From positions 2,294,001-2,358,000 of the forward strand of contig JAUPSS010000003.1 in NCBI GenBank assembly GCA_040285825.1: DNA of 64,000 bases, written 5' to 3'. The position numbers and the translations under genes are program-made. This DNA comes from Eukaryota sp. TZLM1-RC. Taxonomy: Eukaryota > Protista > Metamonada: BaSk clade. Of the stretch, positions 22,550 to 33,718 are shown one piece after another. Under the pieces are notes generated by a model. It made no database searches, had not been told where the DNA came from, and worked only from the letters and a program-made list of their open reading frames with translations. How positions within the stretch are numbered: the first letter of the stretch is position 1; every line of letters begins with the position of its first letter.

Positions 22550-22899
22550 TAATGTCGATAGAACTACACAGCCGGTTTTTATTGCTGTCCCATTTTCGAT
22601 AAATGGAACATTATCAGATGAAGCAGAAACTTTTTTGAATGACTTCCAAAAATGGTTCAAGAAAAAACAATGAAAAGATGATATTTTTTTATGGCGTTCA
22701 CGGATTCAATTTGCCATAATTAATAGATTACCTCGGTTTTCAATCAAATAAGATCAGCTTTAGCTAGACAGCAAGCAGATGAAGATTTTGGAGAGGAAAT
22801 CTTGGCTCAATGATAGTCGTCCCATTTGTTATGAGTTAATTTAATTAAGTGTGCAAATTCAATAAAAGTCAAGATTAAAAATTAAGTTATTTTCCTCTG

Positions 22900-23400
22900 C
22901 ATTAAAAAAGGTATCTGAGACAATAGCAGCAACAGAAGCACCATCAATTGTTTTGATTCCAAATTGATGAGGATTCAAAAATGTAGAAGCTTTGACTTTG
23001 ACACGATCGAAGACAATAAAAGCTAATAAACGAGACAAAGATTCACCAACAACAATTGGGCGTATTCCATCAGGTTTAATTCCATTTATGGCTTTACTAA
23101 TGCAATCAGACGTGCAGCAAGTAATTCAAAAGGAGGATTAATTTCCAAAACAATTAATTGCTGAAAATAATGGGCTAGGTCATCAGCAATTTCGAGAGTA
23201 CTGCAACACGCTATTTTTAACAGATCAAAAGAAATTCCAGATGGGCCAGCGGCTTTCCCTTTTGGTAATTTTTGAATAGCTTTAAGAACTTCAATTGCAG
23301 TAATAGGTTCTTCAATACAAAAAGGACATACATCAGGCTTGCTGCACTTTAAATTTGCTTGAAGATGCAACTTTTGAAGTTTTTTAAGGGTATCAGAATT
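22900..23400 (-). mobile_element. CRE-like RT N-terminal fragment
   Basis: LPKGKAAGPSG, AARLIALVKP, DGIRPIVVGE, PHQFGIKT. Confidence 0.8.
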
Positions 23401-23899
23401 TGTCTCAGCCCAAGAATTACAGATTTGACATTGTGATTATTCAAGTAGTTACTCAAAGTTTATCCAAAGTTTTTAATTGAGAATACAAGTTAAATAATAC
23501 AGGCAATTCACAGTTCTATCTAAAACAGGGCCATTCTATTAATATGTGGAGGATCTTCATTTTCCACTTTTCTTTATCTTTTTTGGTGTATTGTTGTCAA
23601 AAGACTTCAAAAGTTTGCAACAATTGAGGTGTTTTTTCAGGAAAAATACAAAAGGTAAAACTGCTGATCGATGCTTGAAATGCCAAATTACAGCCTTCCA
23701 TAAAAAATACCTCAAGAAATTCATCCATCGAAAGGTAGTGAATTTGCCTTCGTTTTAAAAAGATTTTTGGATCAGTTATGTAAGGAAAAAATGCTATCAA
23801 TATTCTTTGGGAATTTTTTGGTTCTGTTTGTACTCCTTTCGAACAAAATTACGTACACAATTCTGAAAATTTAACTAATAAAGCACCGCGAAAACAGTC

Positions 23900-24551
23900 A
23901 TTTGAGAAATTAAGCATAATTTTTTAACGACAAATGCTTTGATAAAAACTGGTCTAGGGCTTTGTCAGCTTCAAGTCCCGAAGTTAAAACGCCCAACAAT
24001 CAAAATACTATGGATAAACTAAAAATACTTCATCCCTTGGAAGATCCTATAATGGATCAAAAATTTTACGGAACTTACTGGGAAAATTATCCATTGATGG
24101 CATCAGAAGTATTTTCGGTGATAAAACAGAGATCAGGAGGTATGTTTGCCGGATTTCCTGGTGTTTCTATTGATCATGTAAAAACGGTAATTATTTCTTC
24201 AAAGGATTGTCTTGTTTTATGAACCAGATTTTTAACAAAATATTGACTGATCAACTCAAATACCCAGAAGAATTAAGAAGTTCCGGTTTGACTGCACTTG
24301 TCAAAAATTTAAAAATGGATGTTCGTCCTATTGCAGTCTCCGAGAGCTTACACAATATTTTTTACTGCGTGTTGCTTCAGCAGATTCAATGAGAAAGCAA
24401 CAAATATTTTATTACCCTTTCAATATGGAATTAATTCAACTGATGGAGTTTCTTCAGCGATATTTGCTACAGATGTATTATTTCGCTAAAATGAATCCAA
24501 TGTTTGTATGTCATTGGATTTTAGTAATGCATTCAATTCACTCAGTCATTG
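23900..24551 (+). mobile_element. Decayed CRE-like RT fragment, cut by an LTR at 24552
   Basis: DVRPIAVSE, QYGINSTDG, SLDFSNAFNS. Confidence 0.7.
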
Positions 24552-25965
24552 TGATGCCTGTGGGCTAGAGTTAGACATATGTATAGAGGGAGAGAGTAAT
24601 TTATTACGACAAAAAATGAGTATAGTGAATTTCAATACCATCATTAGTGAAGTGTCCACGAATGAACGACAAATAAACATTGAGCTAATATACAAGAATA
24701 AAGAGATAAGTCTCTACACTCTAATAGTGTAAAGACTAACACTACTTCTTGCCCTCCCTTTCGACTGTCTCTTCTGGCTCTTCTACGAGGTTGCTTGCGA
24801 GTAGGTTGACCAGCAGGGGGTCGTGACTTATTAGTCTGGAAGAAGGCTTGATAGGCCTTAGTGCACTTAATGCGGTCGACAGGCTCAGTGCCTCGTACAT
24901 CTCCAGCATATACAACTGGACACTCGTTACCATCCTGGCTCAGAACTTCTAATAAAAGATGTTCCTCAGTATCACCTGAGGCCACGGAACAATGAAACTC
25001 GTCATCAGTGGGTTTATCAAAATGGTACAATTTGCATTGTGAAATGCTAGCCTTAGATTCGACACCTGTGATCAAGTTCTTTATTAATAAAGTTGATTTA
25101 CTAAGTTTGTCGATGTCCGGGTATGGGCCCAGATAACTCCCATGTAATTTGGAGTTACTAAATGATTCGAGGATTAAGCATCCAACTTTGAATAGTATTG
25201 TGGTTATTTTTATCTCAATAAATATTCCAGTTTTAAAAAAAAACTTTGAATAGCAGGTTACTCGTTCTTGGCTTCTCCCCCGGCGATTTCGATGTTTGGG
25301 TGATTTCTGCTTATTCTCGTTTTTCTTTCATTTGATTGAATTTAGATTAGATATCCAGAATGAAAGGAACCTCACTGGTTGCCTTATCGATAACGGAGAA
25401 AATTGATGAGGGATCAGCTCTGGGACTGACGTCTGACCCAAACATAACCTCGAATGGACTGAAACCTGTGACAGAGCTCTTGAAAGAATTCGCTAAGAGT
25501 TGTACGTAAGGTATAAATTTTGCCCAGTTGTCATAGGCGTTGAAATCGATTAGGAGCTTCCTAAGATTTTGTAAGATGATTCTGTGACGTCGTTCAACTA
25601 GGCCGTTTGATTGACTGAAATAAGGAGTACTGTTCGTCACGTCGATTGACAAGAATTTGCAGAGTGATTGAAACACGTTGTAGGCGAATTCTGGGCCGTT
25701 GTCACTGTGAATGTTGCAGGGTATACCAAAGATTGCACACATTCCAATTCAAAGCGTCGGCTGTCAGCCTTGCGTTTAATTCTTTGAGGGGTACAAGGAT
25801 TGTATACCCAGTGAAACTGTCCACGAAAACTAAGATGTATTTATTGGCCTCTTGATCTGGAGGAAGAGGACCAATACTATCCACATTCAACCTCGCGAAG
25901 GGTTTGTCGGCCCAAAGAGATCCGGTTAATGGGGTATTAGATTTGGGGACAGGTGCCAAAGGAAT
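24552..25965 (-). mobile_element. Second Ty3/gypsy family: integrase + 3' LTR remnant
   Basis: PFARLNVDSIGPLP, IHSDNGPEF, SNGLVERRH; PPT GAAAGGGAGGGCAAGAAGTAG (24742-24762); putative LTR 24552-24741 with the same TGTTAGTCTT...CATCA termini as the full element. Confidence 0.85.
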
Positions 25966-26400
25966 CATCAGTTTGATCTGAAGACAGCTTACGTACTAAA
26001 GGTTCACTTAATGCCTCTATATTGAAACTTTTGCACATGTCATATAATTGATCACGAACTGAGTCATGAACAATTGAGCGATAAGTCATAAAATACTTAC
26101 AGTTCAAAATATGGGAAAGTGTAACCACAATCTTGCAGCGACAAATTTAATTATTTGGTAAAGAACAACGCCATAGAAAACATCTCATTCTCATTGCAGT
26201 GGTCCATTGGTGATCATTGAGTAGAAGGCCATAAATGTTGGGAATTTGGGAGATAAGGCAACTTGAGCAACTGTCTTCAAGATTAAAAACAAAAGTTTGC
26301 AAAAACGGTATTTTTTCCTTAGCCACGCTAAGACGAACAGTATAATCCAAGTTTTCAAAAACTTTTAATATTTTTTTCTGCAATTTTGCAAAAGTCATTT
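25966..26400 (-). mobile_element. Non-LTR retrotransposon fragment
   Basis: HQWTTAMRMRCFLW, HILNC...HDSVRD; homologous to about 5230-5700. Confidence 0.7.
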
Positions 26401-28049
26401 AAAAATTAGCTTCCATACTTGAATGAAGTATAACCATTTGTACAAAAAGATGAATGTTCTCTTTATAAACCTTCCTTCTCTTTTTATTGAAAATGTCGAA
26501 GATGTGTTCTTTGTTTCTATGAGAATCCAAGAAGGATCTTGTTCAAGCAGGGCCCCTGGTCATTTCTTTTCTGCTAGAGTCTCTAGCTCTTAAATTGTGT
26601 ATCAATAGCTCCAAATAATCTCAATACAGCAAATAAATTAATTAGTATATAAAAATCACAAGGCTCCACTGTCCTATCTACACCTCAAGTCCTTTTATGA
26701 AAGATAATAAAGAAGTCAATTGCCAATTCAAAATGAACCCTATATATTGGTTAATTGAACCTACCATCAAAGACGCTACCTTTATTCCGAAACCATTGAT
26801 TAAAAAAGACCATGTGCAATATCTCTACAAAGATAAGTTGAACAATATAACTAATACAGATTTTATACATTTTTCAGTGTAGGAAAGGAAAGTGGGACTT
26901 AATTCATATATGGTCCATACCTTGAAACGCCAGATGGCTATCGTTTCCTAAACATTGGGGTTTGAGCCATTGTAGCCAATGAGAGCTACTGGTCAAAGGT
27001 GAAAGAATTTGTAGACTTTATGAACAAGCTTGTCAATATCAAAAGAATTAATAAATTGACATCGATTATAGGAAACCTACATCAATATCTAAAATAGTTT
27101 ACCATATTTCGACATCTTGATTGTGACACATGGTTTGTAGAATCTTCTATGCCTCTTACTGCCACATCTCGTTTTGTCCTTTTAACCTTTATCAAAATCA
27201 ATGATTTAGTGCCTGTTCGTTCGGTTTTACTGATTTTACTTCAACTAGGCATATTTTACAAGCCCTGCTATTTGTTCAAATAACTTAATTGTTTTTCTCT
27301 TCTTGTTAATGTTGAATCTCATCTTAATGACCAATCTACCTTGTAATCTACCTTGTATGTGAAACTGTTTTCAGTGTTTCTCACAAATTAACCCTTCTCA
27401 AGACCATGTTAGAACAACGTTTGAATGATAAGTATAAAAAAATATGATGAAGTAAATGTATTTTAGCAAATCAGTGGAAGTGTTTAGAAAAGGCTGTTGA
27501 AACTTTTGTGGATTCGAAAACTTTTCAATTAGAGACAAAACTATTGTATGAATAAAAAACCAAAAAGTCGAAAATATTTCTCAGAATTTGGTTGAAGAAA
27601 TTGAGAAACTAAATTTACAGAAAAAAAGAAGAAAAATGAGGTAATTGTTGTGATCAATGAATTTATTCATTCAAGAATATTTTAATTACTCTTTAATAAC
27701 TACAAAACTGCAACAGTCTGTTAATGGGGCATGTACTAAAAATCCAAGACTTATAGATTTGAACTATTTAGAAACATCAAGGAATCATATATCCTTTTTC
27801 ATTGGGAAAATCAGTTCCTCTTTAATGATATCCTAGTGCAAGAGGAGTTCTTGATCAAAAACAAACATTCAATAATAATAACAATAAAGAATTGGGTTTC
27901 ATTTACGAACAAATAAAATCATGATAAAATTGTTCTGGGGTTTGCAATTTGGGTGCATAATTGGGATTCTTGATTTTTCCCCACCAAAGATTTCACAACG
28001 ACCTGCAACACCTGTGCCCCTCCATTTCAATCTTCTTCTGCTTGGTGTT

Positions 28050-28195
28050 GATGTTCAAAAGCTTAAATCTCATGTTTCAGAAGATACTGTCACACGTGCT
28101 GTGTACACTTATCTGTTTTTGAATGAGTCGCAAAAAGCTGTGGCTATGTTTTTCCTTGTCCATCAATCCACTGTTAGTCGGTGGACTCAAGCAGT
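28050..28195 (+). pseudogene. HTH fragment of an IS630/Tc1-like transposase
   Basis: SQKAVAMFFLVHQSTVSRW resembles a transposase HTH; no catalytic domain follows. Confidence 0.35.
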
Positions 28196-28344
28196 ACTTC
28201 GCTGGACTGTACCCTCTTGTAAATTCGCAAAATTGTTCCTTATTTTTATTTATTTTCTTATTTATTTTGTATTTATTTTTTATTTATTATTGAATGCGAT
28301 GACAGAAGCCCCTAAAATTAATTCAACAATAAAATTTTTGTAAG

Positions 28345-29330
28345 AATTAAACCTACAAAAATCCAAAACGTGTAGACTATACAGACACATGTGATCAGAT
28401 CTATCTTGACCGTAATCAACTTCAAACAGTTGAAAACTGAATGATTGATGATTAATCAGTCATTAATGTATTAATTAATAGAGATTCTAAATAATGAGAA
28501 TTACTCTCAATGTTTGGCAGAGGCACTGAATTTGAATATAATGGTAAAAAAACCCAAAGAATACTAGGATTTGACAGAAACTAAATGAAAAAGATGACGT
28601 GAGATTTGGGTTTTTGAACTAAGCAAATGAAAGAAATAGATCCAAATCTGAAAAAGAAAAGGAGACAATAGAAAGAAGGATTTTGACCAAAAATGTTGGT
28701 TATTCATGGTAATTGAAGTATAATCAAATAAAATAGTGAAATTAGGAGATAATAAACGTGGGGTTTGAAAAACTGATTAAACCACAGAATATTGGGTGGA
28801 ATTGGGAATAATAAATAAAGAAAAATGACACTTATTAATAAAAGTAAATCAGTATTCAATTTGAAGTTGAACGGAGAGGATTAAGTACAATGTAAATTAA
28901 ATGTGCAGTGACTAATGATACAGAAATGGGAAACTGAGTTCAGGAGATATGGGGAGCGATAGAGTGCGACAGGGTGCGGGAACAAATTGAACAGAATTGG
29001 AGAATGACATTGAATGAATAACTGGTACCCCAGATTCATGAAATGTTGAGAGAGCAGATGTGTAGAGTAAAGAGAAAGTAGACAACTCTGTTAGTGATGA
29101 CGTGGCGATATCTGGTGTTCCTTCGGTTTTTGGGAGGATGGGCAGTGGAGACCAGTGTTGAAATTGAAGATGTAGAGGGAAGGTCAAAACAAGTGAGAAA
29201 AGTTAAGTGTAAGACAGAAGAATGCATGATTTCTTGGAGAGAACAGGGTAAACTCAAATTACTCCATGAATGATGAACGAACTTCAGTGATGCGTATGAG
29301 CATACATGGAAGAACAGTAATGGAAGAAAG
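28345..29330. repeat. About 1-kb dispersed repeat, inverted copy at 58395-59395
   Basis: Long collinear matches, e.g. tgtagactatacag...cttgaccgtaatca and TCFDLPSTSS...RHVITNRVVYF in both copies. Confidence 0.85.
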
Positions 29331-30013
29331 AAGGAACATTAGCTCAGACAAAAGATAAAGGTGGAAATCAAGATTGAGATTTCCTTCAGACAAGAGTTTT
29401 TAATTGGTTGAAACTTTCAACTTGAAAGGGTAAGGTTCAAATTTTGATTTATTAAAATTGCGAACTTAACAAAATAAACTCATAATTAATGGGACTAAAT
29501 TCATATAACAAAAATTCCTTCTACAATATTTTGATCTGCTTGATGTCTAGCTAAAGCTTCTCTAATTGGTTAATGCATTTAAGATAATACAAATCAGTAA
29601 ATAATTTAACAGATTGCTTAGCTCAACTTAGGTACTTTTGTTGAACTTTCTGGAAAGATTTACAAAAAAATGATAAATCACGTTTTTTTACCAAGAAACA
29701 ATAATTTGGTTCAAAAAAAATAATAATAAAAATTGTAGTAAAAAGTTTAATTTCCAATGTTGGTCTTAGTGCACTTTTTATAAACTAGAAAAAGTTATAA
29801 AAAAAGAAAAAAAAAGACAGATGTTTATGACGGAGATAAGAAAATCAATATAACTAAATACTAGAACACATTTAAACTACGGATGGCGTGATACTTTCCA
29901 AATCTGTAAAAAATCTAAAAATGGTATCTATAAGAAGGTCACCTATAGCTAGGCTAACACCAAATTGCTATTGTCCCAAAATAGAAATCCATCAAAACAA
30001 AAATTATAAACCA

Positions 30014-32791
30014 CTAATAATCTACAATTGAGTAATCACTACCCTTAAACCAAGTCCATATACCAAATACAGTTCCAGAAGGAATTGGTTTGGTATTACT
30101 ACTTCCATTTAAGCTAAAAGTAGCTTGATTGTTTTCAATATTGACGTAAAGAATGTCTCCTTGGTTCATTTGAGGGAGGGCGAAGTGACCAACATCCCAA
30201 CGATAACCAGTATTATACCAAGTACCATCACCCAAACTACCCTTCCTAATATTATCCATTGTCCAAAACCCAATACGTTCATTATCATTCACCATCCTCC
30301 TTTGAATTGCAAGTTTGAACTTATTAGGATTGAAATCTATTGCTGCAAAATTACAGTGTTTAAAACCATCACAACAATTATTTAAAACCCTTCTATTACC
30401 TTCTGAGAACACCATCCCAGAACCACTTTGATTTGTATTAAACCTGACTTTAGGTTCCCTACCCAATAACTTTTGACATAGTTGATTAATAATGTCAAAT
30501 GAACAATTCTTAACAATAACCCCTTCCAACCATTCTTCCTTGTTTTTATTAATTGAATTAGAAAGATTTAGGGTTAGTAATAAATCACTTGAAATTGTAA
30601 AAACTTCTGGAATTGAACCAAATTCATAATGGTCAATAGCCTTGCCTAATAACCAAGAATTTGAATATTTAATTGAATAATTTATCAAAGTTTTGAATTC
30701 GATTTCAGAGAGGGTATTGAATTCTATCTTAGAAGTAAATGATTCAAAGTCAATTTGAGAAGAAAATTCATTACCAAGATTCAAAATCCAAATAAAATCC
30801 TGAACACTAATTGAATTAATACTAGAAACAAAATGAATAAACAATTTGTGTTTTAATTCTTGTTTAATTTCAAGACCTAAAATTATTTCCAATTGTCCCT
30901 TTGAAATTGGTTCTGTTAACTGAACTGAAACAGCTTCAATAAGTTTTTCTTTTAGCTTATTGGAATTTAAACGCTGAATAAATGACATTATTGCTGATAA
31001 ATGATTTGAATTATTAAATTCGTGGAGGAAATCATCAACTAAAGATGGTTCAACAGTTGTGTCGCTAAAATCAATCACGTCATCAATGAAAATTGATTGA
31101 AAAAGATGACGAAACTCAACACTCACCATTCTGGTTATCTCAGTGCTTTTCAATTTAAAAATTGCTTTTTCAAAGGATTTTTCTTTTACTTCTTGAAATT
31201 CATTTGTTTTGAAGACTTTACAATGCAATAAATCAACAAATGGAACTAAAATCGTGTGAAGTTCATCAAATTTTGAAAGAGGAATCCAAATAATTTCATT
31301 TAAATCAGCAAAAGTAAATTGATCAAAATCAAAAGAATAAAGACAATCTTTAAAAATTTCAACATTCCAATCAGAATTACCTTGACTGTAATTGACTTGG
31401 CTTGAATATGACGTGACCAAGGTATTGAGTAACCAATGATTAACTTCACGATCATTTTGATTGTCAGACTTCAATTTTTTAAAAGTTTGAGGCTTGATTG
31501 AGATGGGATCAGCATTGATGATGCTAAATTTTGGCATAAATGTTTCCAAATATTCACTATTGAAATTTTCACGATCAGCAAGTTCAATCGTCTCAACGAA
31601 CCAATTTGGATTTCTATTTGAATCTTTAACATTTGCAAAACATTTAATAGAAAATTCAATTAAAATAGTTGATAAAGAGTCATCCATTTTCAAGGGAGAA
31701 AAAAGTTCAAAATAAAGAAAGTCAAATGAAATATCCTTGACTTCTAACAAATTCAACACATTTTTGACCTGTTTAAGTGTGAAAATTTGGTCACTTGACC
31801 ATGACTTTACGAAACTTATAATCAACCACATCACGTGATTGATTGACTTTAAATGACCTGAAAGTTTGATTAAAGTGATTGGTTTGAGCTCGACATGTTC
31901 ACGTTCACCAAGGTCAAAAACACCAGGAATTTGATTGACCACTTCCTCAATCAAATGTGAATCAAATTGATTGGCAGTTATCAATAACCAGAATAACCAA
32001 TCATTTTTAGTTTTTGAAGGTTCAAAATTTGGTAATAAATTGACTGAGAATTCTAACAAAACATCAGTTAAATCTTCAAATTTACCAAAAACTTTGACAA
32101 CTTTGCTCCAAATAAATTCAATTTCAATTTGTTTAATCAATTCAAAACAATTTTTCAAAACTTGGTCAACATCTTCAACAGAAATGCTACCCTTGACATA
32201 GGAATCTACCATAGAAAGAAGCATCCATTTGATAGAGCCAGTGGTGGTTAGATTCATAGAAAGAACTTCAAGGGATTCTTCCTTCAAAACTAGCGGTCGG
32301 TCTAGAAGAAGCTTATCTAGCAAAGGACAGCACTTCTTAATGAAGGAATAATGCACACATTCATCGGCTCTGTGGATGACATTCAAAAGGTGAGAAGAGG
32401 AGAGGTGTTGGATGAAGGAGAATGCTCTCTCTACTATTTCGGCTGCCTTGAAGTATTCAGCAATGTAGTAGATATCGAAAACATTCTCGTTAGTTATCTC
32501 CAAAGGCTGACAATAGAGAGCATTGATGAAGTCTTGGAAGATGGTCACATCAATGGGAAGTTTGTCAATTTCTATGCGTTGTAGATCTCGGTCAGTGGTG
32601 GGGATGGTGAACATTTGATGGAGGTATCGAGAGAAGACAGAGAGAACGTTGCGATGAAGAGCAAATTCATGTTCAAGATAGACAAGAGTGACATCGGAAA
32701 AGTCAACCGTGTGGAAGAGCTTATCGGCAAATGTAGAGGATGGATACTGGAAGGTGGCCATTAGGATTGGGGAAGTTTTCAAAAATTGCAT
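30014..32791 (-). CDS. BTB/POZ protein with three helical (BACK-like) repeats and a C-terminal SPRY-like beta domain
   Basis: DFSDVTL...FALHRNVLSVFSRYL...LEITNENVFDIYYIAEYF; repeats ending KWMLLSMVDSY / MWLIISFVKSW / HWLLNTLVTSY; tail VFSEGNRRV...IGF...NQGDILYVNIENNQATFSLNG; start may be ATG 32761. Confidence 0.8.
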   Translation of the reverse strand: MQFLKTSPILMATFQYPSSTFADKLFHTVDFSDVTLVYLEHEFALHRNVLSVFSRYLHQMFTIPTTDRDLQRIEIDKLPIDVTIFQDFINALYCQPLEITNENVFDIYYIAEYFKAAEIVERAFSFIQHLSSSHLLNVIHRADECVHYSFIKKCCPLLDKLLLDRPLVLKEESLEVLSMNLTTTGSIKWMLLSMVDSYVKGSISVEDVDQVLKNCFELIKQIEIEFIWSKVVKVFGKFEDLTDVLLEFSVNLLPNFEPSKTKNDWLFWLLITANQFDSHLIEEVVNQIPGVFDLGEREHVELKPITLIKLSGHLKSINHVMWLIISFVKSWSSDQIFTLKQVKNVLNLLEVKDISFDFLYFELFSPLKMDDSLSTILIEFSIKCFANVKDSNRNPNWFVETIELADRENFNSEYLETFMPKFSIINADPISIKPQTFKKLKSDNQNDREVNHWLLNTLVTSYSSQVNYSQGNSDWNVEIFKDCLYSFDFDQFTFADLNEIIWIPLSKFDELHTILVPFVDLLHCKVFKTNEFQEVKEKSFEKAIFKLKSTEITRMVSVEFRHLFQSIFIDDVIDFSDTTVEPSLVDDFLHEFNNSNHLSAIMSFIQRLNSNKLKEKLIEAVSVQLTEPISKGQLEIILGLEIKQELKHKLFIHFVSSINSISVQDFIWILNLGNEFSSQIDFESFTSKIEFNTLSEIEFKTLINYSIKYSNSWLLGKAIDHYEFGSIPEVFTISSDLLLTLNLSNSINKNKEEWLEGVIVKNCSFDIINQLCQKLLGREPKVRFNTNQSGSGMVFSEGNRRVLNNCCDGFKHCNFAAIDFNPNKFKLAIQRRMVNDNERIGFWTMDNIRKGSLGDGTWYNTGYRWDVGHFALPQMNQGDILYVNIENNQATFSLNGSSNTKPIPSGTVFGIWTWFKGSDYSIVDY

Positions 32792-33718
32792 TCACCAAAA
32801 GCCTGTCGCTTTTGGCATTCTCGGTTGTTGATATCTATCTAGTGAATGAGAACTGATAATGCTGTCAAATGTTTAATAATGGGCTATAGGGGAATCAATG
32901 GTTGTGAAAGACAAATTGATAATAGTGAGTACAGCAACAAAAGTCACCATTTCATCGATCTAACTTTTATTAAACTTACACACTTGACAAAATAAAATCA
33001 TATTAATGGGACGAAATTCGTTCAACCAAGATTTCTTCTACAAAATCTTGATGTGCTTGCTGTCTTGCTAAAGCTTCTCTAATTCGATTGAAAAACCGAA
33101 ATAATCTATTGACAATTGGGAATTAAATTCGAGAGCGCCATAATCAGATATCAAATCTTTTCATTGTTTTTTCTTGAACCATTTTTTGGAAATCATTCAA
33201 AAAAAATTTCCTGCTAATAATAATACTTATTGTTATCAGTTACAATTGAAACAACATTCTCGGGGTTATGTGCCGTATTTTTGAAATGAATAAAAATAAT
33301 GTAGGAATGAGACAATTGTTGACAAATGGTCAACTTGTCATTTTACCACAATAATTACATTGAATATATACTTGCAATATGAGTAATGCAGAGCTTGAGA
33401 TGAAGTTTCTGGATCTAGTAAACATTAACGAAGTGAGAAAAAACACATCTACCAACAGTTTAATTAATGTTGAACAATGCATTAGTGTTGTTAGTTGTTT
33501 ATTTAATGTATCCATCTCAATTCATTGTCCAATGTCCTTTCACACTGTAAATCACACTACAAATACGGTCTGGTACGTTGCAGATACTGTCACCTTTTAA
33601 TGTGATTAATCCCCAATAAAAGAAGCAAAAAACAATAAAGTTAAGCTTTGAATTTAATTAGAATAAAAACTATCAAAATACCATCTGAAAAACTAAAAAA
33701 GACTACCTAAATAAACAA

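Larger units (their letters stand above)
14390..22860 (+). mobile_element. Family A non-LTR copy interrupted by the gypsy element
   Basis: ORF 14498-15142 ends KYDKDIEEAN; after the second LTR the frame resumes VDRTTQPVFIAVPFSINGTLSDEAETF (from 22554). Confidence 0.85.
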
